DNA of 64,000 bases. It comes from Minisyncoccota bacterium. Its GTDB lineage: Bacteria; Patescibacteriota; Minisyncoccia; Phycocordibacterales; UBA6065. Position 1 is the first letter of the stretch; each line of letters begins with the position of its first letter. Below are positions 38,839-47,876 of this stretch, in pieces. A program made the position numbers and the translations under genes. The notes under the pieces are model-generated. The model was not told where the DNA came from. It saw only the letters and a program-made list of their open reading frames with translations, and ran no database searches. The stretch is from NCBI GenBank assembly GCA_036400935.1, contig DASWWW010000005.1, positions 21,068 to 85,067 on the forward strand, given 5' to 3'.

Positions 38839-39277
38839 GGGTGCATATACGGGTTGGAGATGAAGGCCTTCGGGTTGTAAATCCAATCACACAAGGAGAT
38901 TCCTTAGTCCGCGTGTCCTATCAGCTCGTCGGTTGTGGTAACGGCTCACCTAGGCTATGACGGGACAAAGAGGCTCGTTGCCTTTCGCAAGTGCGGAAGT
39001 CGCTGGACGAAGGTAAGGCGCCGCGTGGCGTCGATCGAAAGCCGATCAACGGATAAAGCGGTTCTGGGCGCATAGTCCATTGCTGCGGCTCTCATGGGTT
39101 GGAAACTTCCCTAGCCGGTGGCGAGTCCACCGAGCCAATATCCAAGCGCGAGCATATCGCGAGCGTCTTAGCAAAACGCAGCAGATATGCCGGCATTCTT
39201 CAAGGAACAATGCGCTCTGAAAGAAAGGGGCGGGCGTCCGATTAGACACCGGAGCCGCCCGCCCCTCGTTCATTTTT
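38839..39277 (+). ncRNA. Putative large structured ncRNA with rRNA-like helices
   Basis: TTGACT..TACTAT promoter (38805-38832), no credible ORF, many hairpins, 16S-like segments, GC-rich terminal hairpin followed by a T-run. Confidence 0.7.
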
Positions 39278-39359
39278 GCTCTTTTGCCAAATAGCGCCGA
39301 CAAGCAAGGCTTGCTCGGTTTTTTATTTGACTAAAATGCTTCGCTGTGCAATAGTGGGG

Positions 39360-39513
39360 CCTGAAGCGGTCATTCCACCTTCCCGCCCATGCCTACGGGC
39401 CAAGCGGGCCTCCGACAGCCATGCCGCGACCGCCAGAAATCGTGCGTTATCCGCCCCGCACGTGGAGGCGGGCGGCGACCTGGATCAGGTCGCCGCCCGC
39501 TATTCCCCTTTTT
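39360..39513 (+). ncRNA. Putative second small structured RNA
   Basis: TTGACTAAAA promoter at 39327, GC-rich body, 15-bp perfect hairpin followed by a T-run. Confidence 0.45.
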
Positions 39514-39797
39514 GTTCTTTATTTGAAGATGCCGACAAGCTTTGCTTGATCGGTTTTTTGTTCATCGAATCATACTTGCAGAACAGCAATAAGCATGGTA
39601 TTTTGAGTATGGACACGGATGTACTTGGCTTCTTCATATAATCTAGTTGCGTTTATCGTGCAAGCCATTTACAGGCCCTTGGAGGAATACGCCCTTAAGT
39701 AAGGCCCTCCAACATTTTCAAAGCACAGAAATCAAAAGGCATCCTCAATCCGGAGGATGCCTTTCTCGCTTTCATATGCCAACTGCCCAACTCGCAC

Positions 39798-40430
39798 CTA
39801 CTTATTGAAAATCGCGTTGTACTCGCTCATAGCCCTCTCTGGAGACTCAGTGCCCGCGAGCTCGAGGCAATCGACGACCTTCTTCTGAACGCTCTTAAGC
39901 TCCTCGGCCTCCTTGTCCTTGAATTCAGCGACGATGAAGTTGTCGATGATAGTGTCGTGATCGAGCTTCTTCATCTTTCCCTTGGCCGATGCCGGAGTAA
40001 TACCGATCCTGATGCGGAAAAAGGCCTGAGTGCCGAGAGCCTTTATGACCGACTCGACGCCCTTGTGGCCGCCCGCGCTCTTGTCCCATGACATCTTCGC
40101 CTTGCCCAATGGGATATCGAGCTCGTCGTGGACGACGATGACGTCGGCGAGAGCCTTGATCGTCTTGCCCTGTGAGTCCTTCATCTTCTTTGCACCTTTC
40201 GCATACTTTCCTACCGACGCTCCGGACTTGTTCATGAAGGTCTCAGGCAGGATGAGCGTCGCCTTGGTCTTTCCGATCTTGCCTTCGGTCACGAGAGCCC
40301 GGGTCTTCTTGTCGAATTCAAAGTCGTCGAAGCCCGCCTTCTTTGCGAATTTCATAACAGCCTCGCGGCCCGCATTGTGCCGCGTGCCCTCATATTCTGC
40401 CCCCGGGTTTCCCAGTCCGATGATTATCAT
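39798..40430 (-). CDS. pth: Peptidyl-tRNA hydrolase
   Basis: IGLGNPG..Y..TRHNAG, PETFMNKSG, VHDELD, GGHKG. Confidence 0.96.
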   Translation of the reverse strand: MIIIGLGNPGAEYEGTRHNAGREAVMKFAKKAGFDDFEFDKKTRALVTEGKIGKTKATLILPETFMNKSGASVGKYAKGAKKMKDSQGKTIKALADVIVVHDELDIPLGKAKMSWDKSAGGHKGVESVIKALGTQAFFRIRIGITPASAKGKMKKLDHDTIIDNFIVAEFKDKEAEELKSVQKKVVDCLELAGTESPERAMSEYNAIFNK

Positions 40431-40482
40431 AGTGAAACCAGTATATGCCATATGCCCCATACAGGAAAGGGTTTGAAAGATG

Positions 40483-40620
40483 TTTGGCTTTTATTGTTTG
40501 CTCGGCTCCGCAGGCGCGAAGCTTGGAGGCGTCAAGGCTCCCTTTGACGCCTGAGCGCCGAGGACAGAACGAGCTCTCCGCAGGAGAGAGCGAGTGTTCG
40601 AGCAAACAATAAAAGCCAAA
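40483..40620. repeat. 138-bp element with perfect 22-bp terminal inverted repeats
   Basis: TTTGGCTTTTATTGTTTGCTCG ... CGAGCAAACAATAAAAGCCAAA, with internal hairpins. Confidence 0.8.
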
Positions 40621-40707
40621 AACTATTACAAATTCCCTTCCCCCATTGTGTCAATGGCCAATGCGGGACTATACTTCAGTTACTTTTACATATTTAAGAG
40701 CCCTTCC

Positions 40708-41316
40708 ATGGATCCAGAGAACGACAAGAACCAGACCGCGCCGATCGCAGAGCAGAAGCCCAAAAACAGCTTCATAAAAGAGACTCTCTGGTACGCGGCC
40801 ATCGCTATCCTCGTCGTCGTGCCGATCCGCCTCTGGATCGCGCAGCCTTTCATGGTGAGCGGCGCCTCCATGGACTCAACCTTCGCGGACGGCGAGTACC
40901 TCGTCGTAGACGAAGTCACCTATCGCTTCAATGAGCCGCAGCGGGGCGACGTCGTCATCTTCAAATACCCTCAGGATACCTCGAAATTCTTCATCAAGAG
41001 GCTCATCGGCCTGCCTGGCGAGACCGTCATCGTGCGCGACGACGTCGTGACCATCAAAAACGCCGAGCATCCAAAGGGCATCGTATTGAACGAGCCGTAC
41101 ATCCACAGCACCTCGTTCCTGACGAAGACACTTACCCTCGGCGAGGACGAGTATTTCGTCATGGGAGACAATCGCGGGGTAAGCTCGGACTCCCGCGTCT
41201 GGGGAGCCCTTCCAAAGAGCGACATCATCGGCCGCCCGTTCGTCCGGCTCCTCCCTATCAATCGACTCGACTTTTTCCCGGGAGTCGTCGCCAGCTCGAC
41301 CATACTAGCCAACTAA
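40708..41316 (+). CDS. lepB: Signal peptidase I
   Basis: GASMDST, FIKRLIGLPG, MGDNR..SSDSR. Confidence 0.95.
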   Translation: MDPENDKNQTAPIAEQKPKNSFIKETLWYAAIAILVVVPIRLWIAQPFMVSGASMDSTFADGEYLVVDEVTYRFNEPQRGDVVIFKYPQDTSKFFIKRLIGLPGETVIVRDDVVTIKNAEHPKGIVLNEPYIHSTSFLTKTLTLGEDEYFVMGDNRGVSSDSRVWGALPKSDIIGRPFVRLLPINRLDFFPGVVASSTILAN

Positions 41317-41329
41317 CACCCATACTTTC

Positions 41330-42595
41330 ATGACACCTTTGAACGCAGCGACCGCAGCAAAGAAGACCACACCATCGAAAGCCAAGAAGATCGAGCATCC
41401 TAAATACGTCTCGTACGAAGGCCTCGACTCTGTCGGCGAAGCTGCCCTTTTCTACGGCTTCACTCCCCTTGCCCAGCCGCACATTCACGCCGAGGATATC
41501 GCTCAGGCGAAATCGATCTCGGAATGCGAGATCGTCGTAGATCATGACAATCACGAGGAAGGCGCCGTCGTACGCCTCGAGGAAAAGGTAGCCCTCCTCC
41601 ACATGTACGAGAAGGAGAAGATGGGAACGCTCGCCCAGCCTTTGATGTACTTCTACAAGAAGCCTTTCATCGGCGACCGACGCAAGCCGAATCCAAAGGA
41701 GGCTCATTACGGATTCGAGATCATCGGCACGAACAAGTCGATCGCGGAGGCGATCCTCATGCAGGCTGCCGTAGCGGTGCTCCACGATGCGGGCGACACC
41801 GACCTCCATGTCGAGATCAACTCGATCGGCGACAAGGAATCACTCGCCCGATTCACGCGCGAGGTGACCGCCTACTACCGCAAGAACCTCAGCTCGCTCC
41901 CGGCAAAGTGCCGCGAGACCTTCAAGAAGGACGTCTTCGCCCTCCTCGGCTGCGACCACGAGGACTGCCTCAGGCTCGCCGCGGACTGCCCGAAGTCGAT
42001 CAACTTCCTCTCCGAGCGATCGCGCCAGCACTTCAAGGAAGTCCTCGAATTCCTCGAGTCTCTCGATATCCCCTACACCATCAATAACGGCCTCGTAGCC
42101 AACCGCGATTTCTGCGGCGAGACCGTATTCGAGATCCGCGGCTCTGACCCAAAGAGCCATCCAAAGGCAATCGGCATCCGCTACGACACGCTCGCAAAGC
42201 GCCTCGGCCACAAGAAGGAGCTCCCGGCAGTCGGCGTATCGATCGCTCTCCCAAAGAAGTCTATCCAGGCAACCGAGATCAAGGCCTCGACCGTCGCAAA
42301 GATCCTCGACCCGCAGATCTGCTTCATGCAGCTCGGCTTCGAGGCAAAGCTCAAGTCGCTGCGCCTCATCGAGAGCCTGCGCCAGGCCCGCGTACCGGTA
42401 GCCCAGTCTCTCGCCAAGGACAAGATCGCCGGCCAGGTCGGCCAGGCGGAAAAGATGCAGGCCCCTATCGTCGTCATCATGGGCAAGAAGGAGGCTATAG
42501 AGAACACCGTCATCATCCGCGAGACCTCGACCCGATCCCAGAATGCCGTGCTCGTTACCGAAGCGGCGATCGCGCTCAAGAGGTTCAGAGTCTAG
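41330..42595 (+). CDS. HisRS-like protein (degenerate catalytic core, anticodon-binding domain retained)
   Basis: EINSIGD, HFKEVLEFL, TVFEI, RYD.L, PAVG; canonical RPE, FRYERPQ and GGRY motifs altered. Confidence 0.8.
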   Translation: MTPLNAATAAKKTTPSKAKKIEHPKYVSYEGLDSVGEAALFYGFTPLAQPHIHAEDIAQAKSISECEIVVDHDNHEEGAVVRLEEKVALLHMYEKEKMGTLAQPLMYFYKKPFIGDRRKPNPKEAHYGFEIIGTNKSIAEAILMQAAVAVLHDAGDTDLHVEINSIGDKESLARFTREVTAYYRKNLSSLPAKCRETFKKDVFALLGCDHEDCLRLAADCPKSINFLSERSRQHFKEVLEFLESLDIPYTINNGLVANRDFCGETVFEIRGSDPKSHPKAIGIRYDTLAKRLGHKKELPAVGVSIALPKKSIQATEIKASTVAKILDPQICFMQLGFEAKLKSLRLIESLRQARVPVAQSLAKDKIAGQVGQAEKMQAPIVVIMGKKEAIENTVIIRETSTRSQNAVLVTEAAIALKRFRV

Positions 42596-42717
42596 GAATC
42601 TGCCCCAAACTTGAATATATAGGCCAAATATGCTATTGTTTCGATCTAAACGGTCGCGACGTGTGGCCACCAAATTAGAGGAAAAGACGGCTTATTTAAA
42701 CGATTTAAACACTTAGA

Positions 42718-42972
42718 ATGGCAACAAACGTAGAAGTAACTCGAAACGGCACGGAAAACCCATTGGGCCTCCTCCGCCGATTCACAAAGCGAGTCCAGGG
42801 CGCAGGCCACCTCCCTCGCGTACGAGGCGAGCGATACCACGAGCGAACCCTCTCTCACTACAAGAACAAGATGAAGACTCTCGCATCGATCGCGAAGCGC
42901 GCTGAGATCGCAGAGGACATCAAGCTCGGCAAGATCAATCCTGACGCTCCACGAGGACGCGGACGACGATAG
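42718..42972 (+). CDS. Divergent 30S ribosomal protein bS21-like
   Basis: VEV.RN..EN...LLRRFTKRVQGAG; basic, 84 aa. Confidence 0.65.
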   Translation: MATNVEVTRNGTENPLGLLRRFTKRVQGAGHLPRVRGERYHERTLSHYKNKMKTLASIAKRAEIAEDIKLGKINPDAPRGRGRR

Positions 42973-42976
42973 GAAT

Positions 42977-43366
42977 ATGGGTTCATCAGAGAAATTCTCT
43001 TTGATAAACCGGACTAAAGGCAAGCTCCCCAGCTTGCCTTTTCTCGATATGAAAAACGCCGTGCTCGGCGAGGGCTACGAACTCTCCCTCGTATTTCTCG
43101 GCGACGACGAATCGCGCCGGATAAATATCGACAGCCGCGGCAAGGACTACATCCCGAACGTGCTCTCATTTCCTCTCGACGAATCGTCGGGCGAGATCTT
43201 CCTTAACCCTTTCGAGGCCAAGCGCCAGGCAAAAGAATTCGACCGCACTCCCGTAAACATGATCGCTTTCCTCTATATCCACGGGCTCGTCCATTTGAAA
43301 GGAATGGATCATGGGGTTACAATGGAGAGAACGGAAGCAAAATTTCGAAAGCAATTCGGAATCTAA
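42977..43366 (+). CDS. ybeY: rRNA maturation RNase YbeY
   Basis: RGKDY..NVLSFP, HGLVHLKGMDH. Confidence 0.93.
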   Translation: MGSSEKFSLINRTKGKLPSLPFLDMKNAVLGEGYELSLVFLGDDESRRINIDSRGKDYIPNVLSFPLDESSGEIFLNPFEAKRQAKEFDRTPVNMIAFLYIHGLVHLKGMDHGVTMERTEAKFRKQFGI

Positions 43367-43402
43367 AGGGCTCGCCCCTCATTTGCACCGCACTCCACAT
43401 CA

Positions 43403-44578
43403 ATGCGCAAACACATAGCAGCAGGAATAGACATAGGAACGTACCAGGTAAAGGTCGTGATCTCCGAATCCGACCCTGAAACGGATCGCATCCTGCCGCG
43501 TATCATCGGAACCGGCTCCGCCGAGTCTAAAGGCCTGCGCCACGGCTATATCGTAAATTCCCGCGACGTCACCAAGAGCGTCATGCAGGCCGTCGCCCAG
43601 GCCGAGAAGGCTTCTGGCTACAAGATAAAGAAGGCGTTCATCTCCATGGGAGGCATCAGCCTTCAATCATTGGTGAACATCGGATCGGCAGTCATATCGC
43701 GCGGCGATTCGGAAGTAAGCCAGATCGACATCGACAAGGCCCTCGGCATCGCAGAACGAAACATCCCTTCGGGAGCGACCATAAACCGCCGCATCATCCA
43801 TACGGTCCCCCTTTCATACAAGATCGACGGCAAGCCCGTCCTCGGCAGGCCCCTCGGCATGAAGGGCAACAAGCTCGAGGCGAAAGTGCTTTTCATCACC
43901 GGCCTCTCGCAACACCTCGACGACATCGTCGACGCGATTTCTGACGCGGGCATCGAGGTGCTCGACATCGTCGCGTCTCCGCTCGCCGCTTCCCTCGTCA
44001 CCCTCTCTAAAAACCAGAAGGTCGCAGGCTGCCTCCTCGCGAATATCGGAGCAGAGACAGTTTCAATAGTCGTCTTCGAGAACAATCTTCCCGTATCGCT
44101 CGAAGTTTTCCCTATCGGCTCGACCGACATCACGAACGATATCGCCCTTGGCCTCAAAGTTCCGATCGAGGACGCCGACAGCATGAAGCGCGGCGGCGCA
44201 CTTTCAGCGAGCATCTCAAAGAAGAAGCTCGACGAGATCGTCTCGGCGCGCCTTTCTGACATTTTTGACCTCATCGAAGCCCATTTGAAAAAGATCGACC
44301 GCAACGGCCTCTTGCCTGCGGGAATCATCATCACCGGCGGCGGATCCGGTATCGCCGAAATCGCGGACCTCGCCAAATCTTCACTCAAGCTCCCTGCGCG
44401 CCTCGCCACCCTCGGAACGACAGGCAAAGACAGCTTAAAGGACCTTTCATGGTCTGTGGCATACGGCCTCACTATTCTCGGAATCGGCTCGGAAGAAGGC
44501 CAGGATTCGGGCATTTCGAAGGGCGGCCGGACATTCCTCGAGAAAATCGGACAGTGGTTCAAGCAATTCCTTCCTTAA
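43403..44578 (+). CDS. ftsA: Cell division protein FtsA
   Basis: GIDIGT, SKGLRHG, ITNDIA, TGGGS; upstream of ftsZ. Confidence 0.95.
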   Translation: MRKHIAAGIDIGTYQVKVVISESDPETDRILPRIIGTGSAESKGLRHGYIVNSRDVTKSVMQAVAQAEKASGYKIKKAFISMGGISLQSLVNIGSAVISRGDSEVSQIDIDKALGIAERNIPSGATINRRIIHTVPLSYKIDGKPVLGRPLGMKGNKLEAKVLFITGLSQHLDDIVDAISDAGIEVLDIVASPLAASLVTLSKNQKVAGCLLANIGAETVSIVVFENNLPVSLEVFPIGSTDITNDIALGLKVPIEDADSMKRGGALSASISKKKLDEIVSARLSDIFDLIEAHLKKIDRNGLLPAGIIITGGGSGIAEIADLAKSSLKLPARLATLGTTGKDSLKDLSWSVAYGLTILGIGSEEGQDSGISKGGRTFLEKIGQWFKQFLP

Positions 44579-44724
44579 AATAAGGCTTTTTCCAGCATTT
44601 TGACGTTTCCATTTATATGGTGCGCATGATTCGAGCAACGTTGTAATTTAAGGGTCTTTTGCTATGATGTACCCACCTTAATCAATCAGGCGCCTAAACC
44701 CGTCTGGCTTAAAACCATTACCAC

Positions 44725-45909
44725 ATGCCAAATATCATTCCTGAAGTAGAGACATTCGCACGCATCAAGGTCATCGGCGTGGGAGGTTCCGGAAAGAACG
44801 CCTTGAATCACATGGTCAACGCCAAAGTAAAGGGCGTCGAATTCATCGCGGTCAACACGGATGCTCAGGATCTCCACCACTCTCTCGCAAAGAAGAAGAT
44901 CCACATCGGCAAGAACCTCACCAAGGGCCTCGGCGCAGGAATGAATCCTGACCTCGGCCGACGCGCTATCGAGGAGACCAAGGAAGAGCTCCAGGAGGCA
45001 GTAAAGGGCGCGGACATGGTATTCGTCACCGGAGGAATGGGTGGCGGAACCGCATCGGGCGCGACTCCCGTCGTAGCCAAGACCGCAAAGGAGCTCGGCG
45101 CTCTCACCGTCGCCGTCGTTACAAAACCCTTCTTCTTCGAAGGAGCCCAGCGAAACAAGATCGCCGACGCGGCGCTCGAGAATCTCAGGAAGGAAGTCGA
45201 CGCTATCATCGTCATTCCTAACGACCGACTCCTCGCGAACATCGACCGAAACACTACCGCAAAGGCAGCCTTCGCTATCTGCGATGAGGTGCTCAAGCAG
45301 GCCGTAGAGGGTATCTCTGACCTCATCACCACCCCAGGTATCATCAACATCGACTTCGCCGATATCCGCGCAATCATGGAAAACGCTGGACCAGCACTCA
45401 TGGGCATCGGCATTGGATCGGGCGAGAAACGAGCCGAGGACGCCGCAAAAATGGCGATCTCATCCCCTCTCCTCGACATCTCTATCGCGGGCGCGAAGGG
45501 CGTGCTCTTCTCTATCGCCGGCGGCGACGATCTCACCATGTTCGAGATCCAGGACGCGGCAAAGATCATCACCGAATCCATCGACCCATCGGCAAAGGTC
45601 ATCTTCGGAACCGTCCGCGACGAGAAGCTCAAGAAGGGCGAGATCAAGGTCACCGTCATCGCGTCAGGCTTCGGCGATATCGCCGCGGGCGCAGCGACAA
45701 AGTCAAAGTCGCTCTTCAGCGGCCCAGACCCAAAGGAGGAGAAAGGCAAGATCCATAACTCGATCACCGCTCCTGCTCCTGTCGTAAAGGAAGACAAGCC
45801 AGAGCCAAAGACGATCATCATCGAGGACAAGAAATCGAATATCCCTACCATCGACCACGATGACGACGATTGGGGCGCAGTACCGGCTTTCCTTCGACGA
45901 AAGAAGTAG
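44725..45909 (+). CDS. ftsZ: Cell division protein FtsZ
   Basis: GMGGGTASG tubulin motif, NIDFAD, C-terminal VPAFLRR. Confidence 0.98.
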   Translation: MPNIIPEVETFARIKVIGVGGSGKNALNHMVNAKVKGVEFIAVNTDAQDLHHSLAKKKIHIGKNLTKGLGAGMNPDLGRRAIEETKEELQEAVKGADMVFVTGGMGGGTASGATPVVAKTAKELGALTVAVVTKPFFFEGAQRNKIADAALENLRKEVDAIIVIPNDRLLANIDRNTTAKAAFAICDEVLKQAVEGISDLITTPGIINIDFADIRAIMENAGPALMGIGIGSGEKRAEDAAKMAISSPLLDISIAGAKGVLFSIAGGDDLTMFEIQDAAKIITESIDPSAKVIFGTVRDEKLKKGEIKVTVIASGFGDIAAGAATKSKSLFSGPDPKEEKGKIHNSITAPAPVVKEDKPEPKTIIIEDKKSNIPTIDHDDDDWGAVPAFLRRKK

Positions 45910-45921
45910 TTTTTATACAAC

Positions 45922-45960
45922 AAAAAGCCCGCGGCGCATCAAGCCTGCGGGTTTTTTGTT
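45922..45960 (+). terminator. ftsZ terminator
   Basis: CCCGC..GCGGG stem followed by a T-run. Confidence 0.65.
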
Positions 45961-45993
45961 TGCTATACTTAGCCCACTAAGCACCAATTTACC

Positions 45994-46923
45994 ATGTACG
46001 ATCTAGCAATCATCGGAGGAGGCCCAGCAGGCGTCGCAGCGGGCGTATACGCCTCAAGGAAGCGCCTCAAGACCGTTTTCATTACCAAGGACTGGGAAAG
46101 CCAGTCAACCGTCTCTGAAGGCATCGAGAACTGGATCGGAACCGTAAAAATAGCCGGCTCTGACTTTGCCAAAAGCCTCGAGGGGCACCTGCGCGCGTAC
46201 GCGGCGGATATCGTCGATATAAAGACCGGCGAATACTGCAAGAAAGTTTCGAAAATCGGCGGCGCGGATGATGCCGGATTCGAGATCGCGACGGAAACAG
46301 CGACCTATCGGGCAAAGACCGTCCTCATCGCCACGGGATCGCGCCGCCGCAAACTCGACGTTCCAGGCGCCGACGTGTTCGAGCATAAGGGCATCACCTA
46401 CTGCGCGTCATGCGACGGCCCGGTATTCGCCGGACAGGATGTGGCAGTTATTGGAGGCGGAAACGCCGCTTTCGAGTCCGCAGCCCAGCTTCTCGCCTAC
46501 TGCAAGTCGGTTACCCTGCTCAACCGCAGCGAGGAATTCCGCGCCGATCCCGTTACCGTAAAGAAGGTTCTCCAGAACCCGAAGATGCGCGCCATTACCA
46601 ACGCCAAGTTGGCCAAAGTTAAAGGCGGCAAGTTCGTAAAGTCGCTCACATACACCAACGAATCGGGCGAGACTATCGAGCTCCCTGTTTCCGGTATTTT
46701 TGCTGAGATTGGCTCTATCCCCGCCACTGACTTTGCGAAGGATCTCGTCACCATCGATCCATTTGGACGAGTCGTCGTCGATGCGCGAACGCAGGCGACA
46801 TCCGTTCCCGGAGTTTGGGCTGCCGGAGACTGCACCGACGGCCTCTATCATCAGAACAATATCGCCGCCGGCGACGCGGTAAAGGCACTCGAAGACATCT
46901 ACGTTTATATCCACGCCAAATAA
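45994..46923 (+). CDS. trxB: Thioredoxin reductase
   Basis: GGGPAG, CASCDG, GGGNAA, AAGD. Confidence 0.9.
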   Translation: MYDLAIIGGGPAGVAAGVYASRKRLKTVFITKDWESQSTVSEGIENWIGTVKIAGSDFAKSLEGHLRAYAADIVDIKTGEYCKKVSKIGGADDAGFEIATETATYRAKTVLIATGSRRRKLDVPGADVFEHKGITYCASCDGPVFAGQDVAVIGGGNAAFESAAQLLAYCKSVTLLNRSEEFRADPVTVKKVLQNPKMRAITNAKLAKVKGGKFVKSLTYTNESGETIELPVSGIFAEIGSIPATDFAKDLVTIDPFGRVVVDARTQATSVPGVWAAGDCTDGLYHQNNIAAGDAVKALEDIYVYIHAK

Positions 46924-46924
46924 T

Positions 46925-47356
46925 ATGAAACGAACAGAATACAACGCATTCCTCTTTGCCCACTTCGCACTCTTCGTAGTCTTCGTATGGTTCGGAGCGC
47001 TCAAGGTATTCGGTCTCTCGCCAGCATCGGCCCTCGTAACGCAACTTTTCAACGACACGCTCGGCGTATTCGTGCCATTCAGCGCCGATACGTTCATTAT
47101 CCTTCTCGGCTGGCTCGAGGTACTCATAGGCTTCCTCTTTATTGCGCCAAAGACAGAGAAGCTCGCCATGGTGCTCCTTGTACCGCATATGGTTACGACC
47201 ATCATGCCACTCTTCCTCTTGCCAGCAGTGACATGGGCAGGCTACCTTCAGCCGACGCTCGAAGGCCAGTACATCATCAAGAATATCGTCATTATCGCCC
47301 TCGCTTTCACCGTATTCGCGGATTTGAACAAAAAAAGAAGGACGGCGAGAATATAA
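46925..47356 (+). CDS. DoxX/DUF417-like membrane protein
   Basis: WFGALKVFG.SPA, LEGQYIIKN. Confidence 0.75.
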   Translation: MKRTEYNAFLFAHFALFVVFVWFGALKVFGLSPASALVTQLFNDTLGVFVPFSADTFIILLGWLEVLIGFLFIAPKTEKLAMVLLVPHMVTTIMPLFLLPAVTWAGYLQPTLEGQYIIKNIVIIALAFTVFADLNKKRRTARI

Positions 47357-47449
47357 TTTATATTGACCATATCAGAAGCATCTGTTAACCTGCAGTTACA
47401 AATGCCTTCGGGCTCCCACCCTCGCAAGAGGGAGAACAATCGAAAGCCG

Positions 47450-47836
47450 TCAGATAAGATCTCTGACGGCTTTTCGTATAGTTTCGAACTTTCCTTTTTC
47501 CAAATAGCCAATTCTCTCAACCAAACGCCTTGTATCAACAAGCCTAAGTTGAGATATTATCGCGAAAGCCAACCTTCCGTTCACTATTCCGACATCCACG
47601 TGATACGGATTTTTCTTAGCAGAGGTCGTCAACGGAATTATTAGGCAGACAAGGGCACTAAAGCCTCGAATAATCAGAACAGGCCTTTCATGACCTGTTC
47701 CGGTGCCATCCTGCTCAAATCCGATATTTACCCCAAGCGAACACCACCAAATTTCCCTCTTATGGTAAAAGACTTTGGCTGCCCTATCGTTTATATCTTT
47801 CTTACGCTCGCACCAATCATCAAAATCCTTTTGCAT
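47450..47836 (-). CDS. PemK/MazF-like toxin
   Basis: KDFDDW, EIWWCSLGVNIGFEQDG, RPVLI, PLTT, SQLRLVDTRRL. Confidence 0.85.
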   Translation of the reverse strand: MQKDFDDWCERKKDINDRAAKVFYHKREIWWCSLGVNIGFEQDGTGTGHERPVLIIRGFSALVCLIIPLTTSAKKNPYHVDVGIVNGRLAFAIISQLRLVDTRRLVERIGYLEKGKFETIRKAVRDLI

Positions 47837-47876
47837 GCCAAGAGCATACAAAAATCCCGATAAAGAAATACTAAAA

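Noticed and set aside
38839-39277. A true 16S/23S rRNA gene or simple rRNA pseudogene
   Set aside because: Only short helices match, they are out of order, and they are closed by new stems
38839-39277. tmRNA, RNase P RNA or a group I intron
   Set aside because: I could not find tRNA-like ends with a T-arm, the GAGGAAAGUCC/AGAACCCGGCUUA pair or a group I R element, and there is no host gene. A covariance search is still needed.
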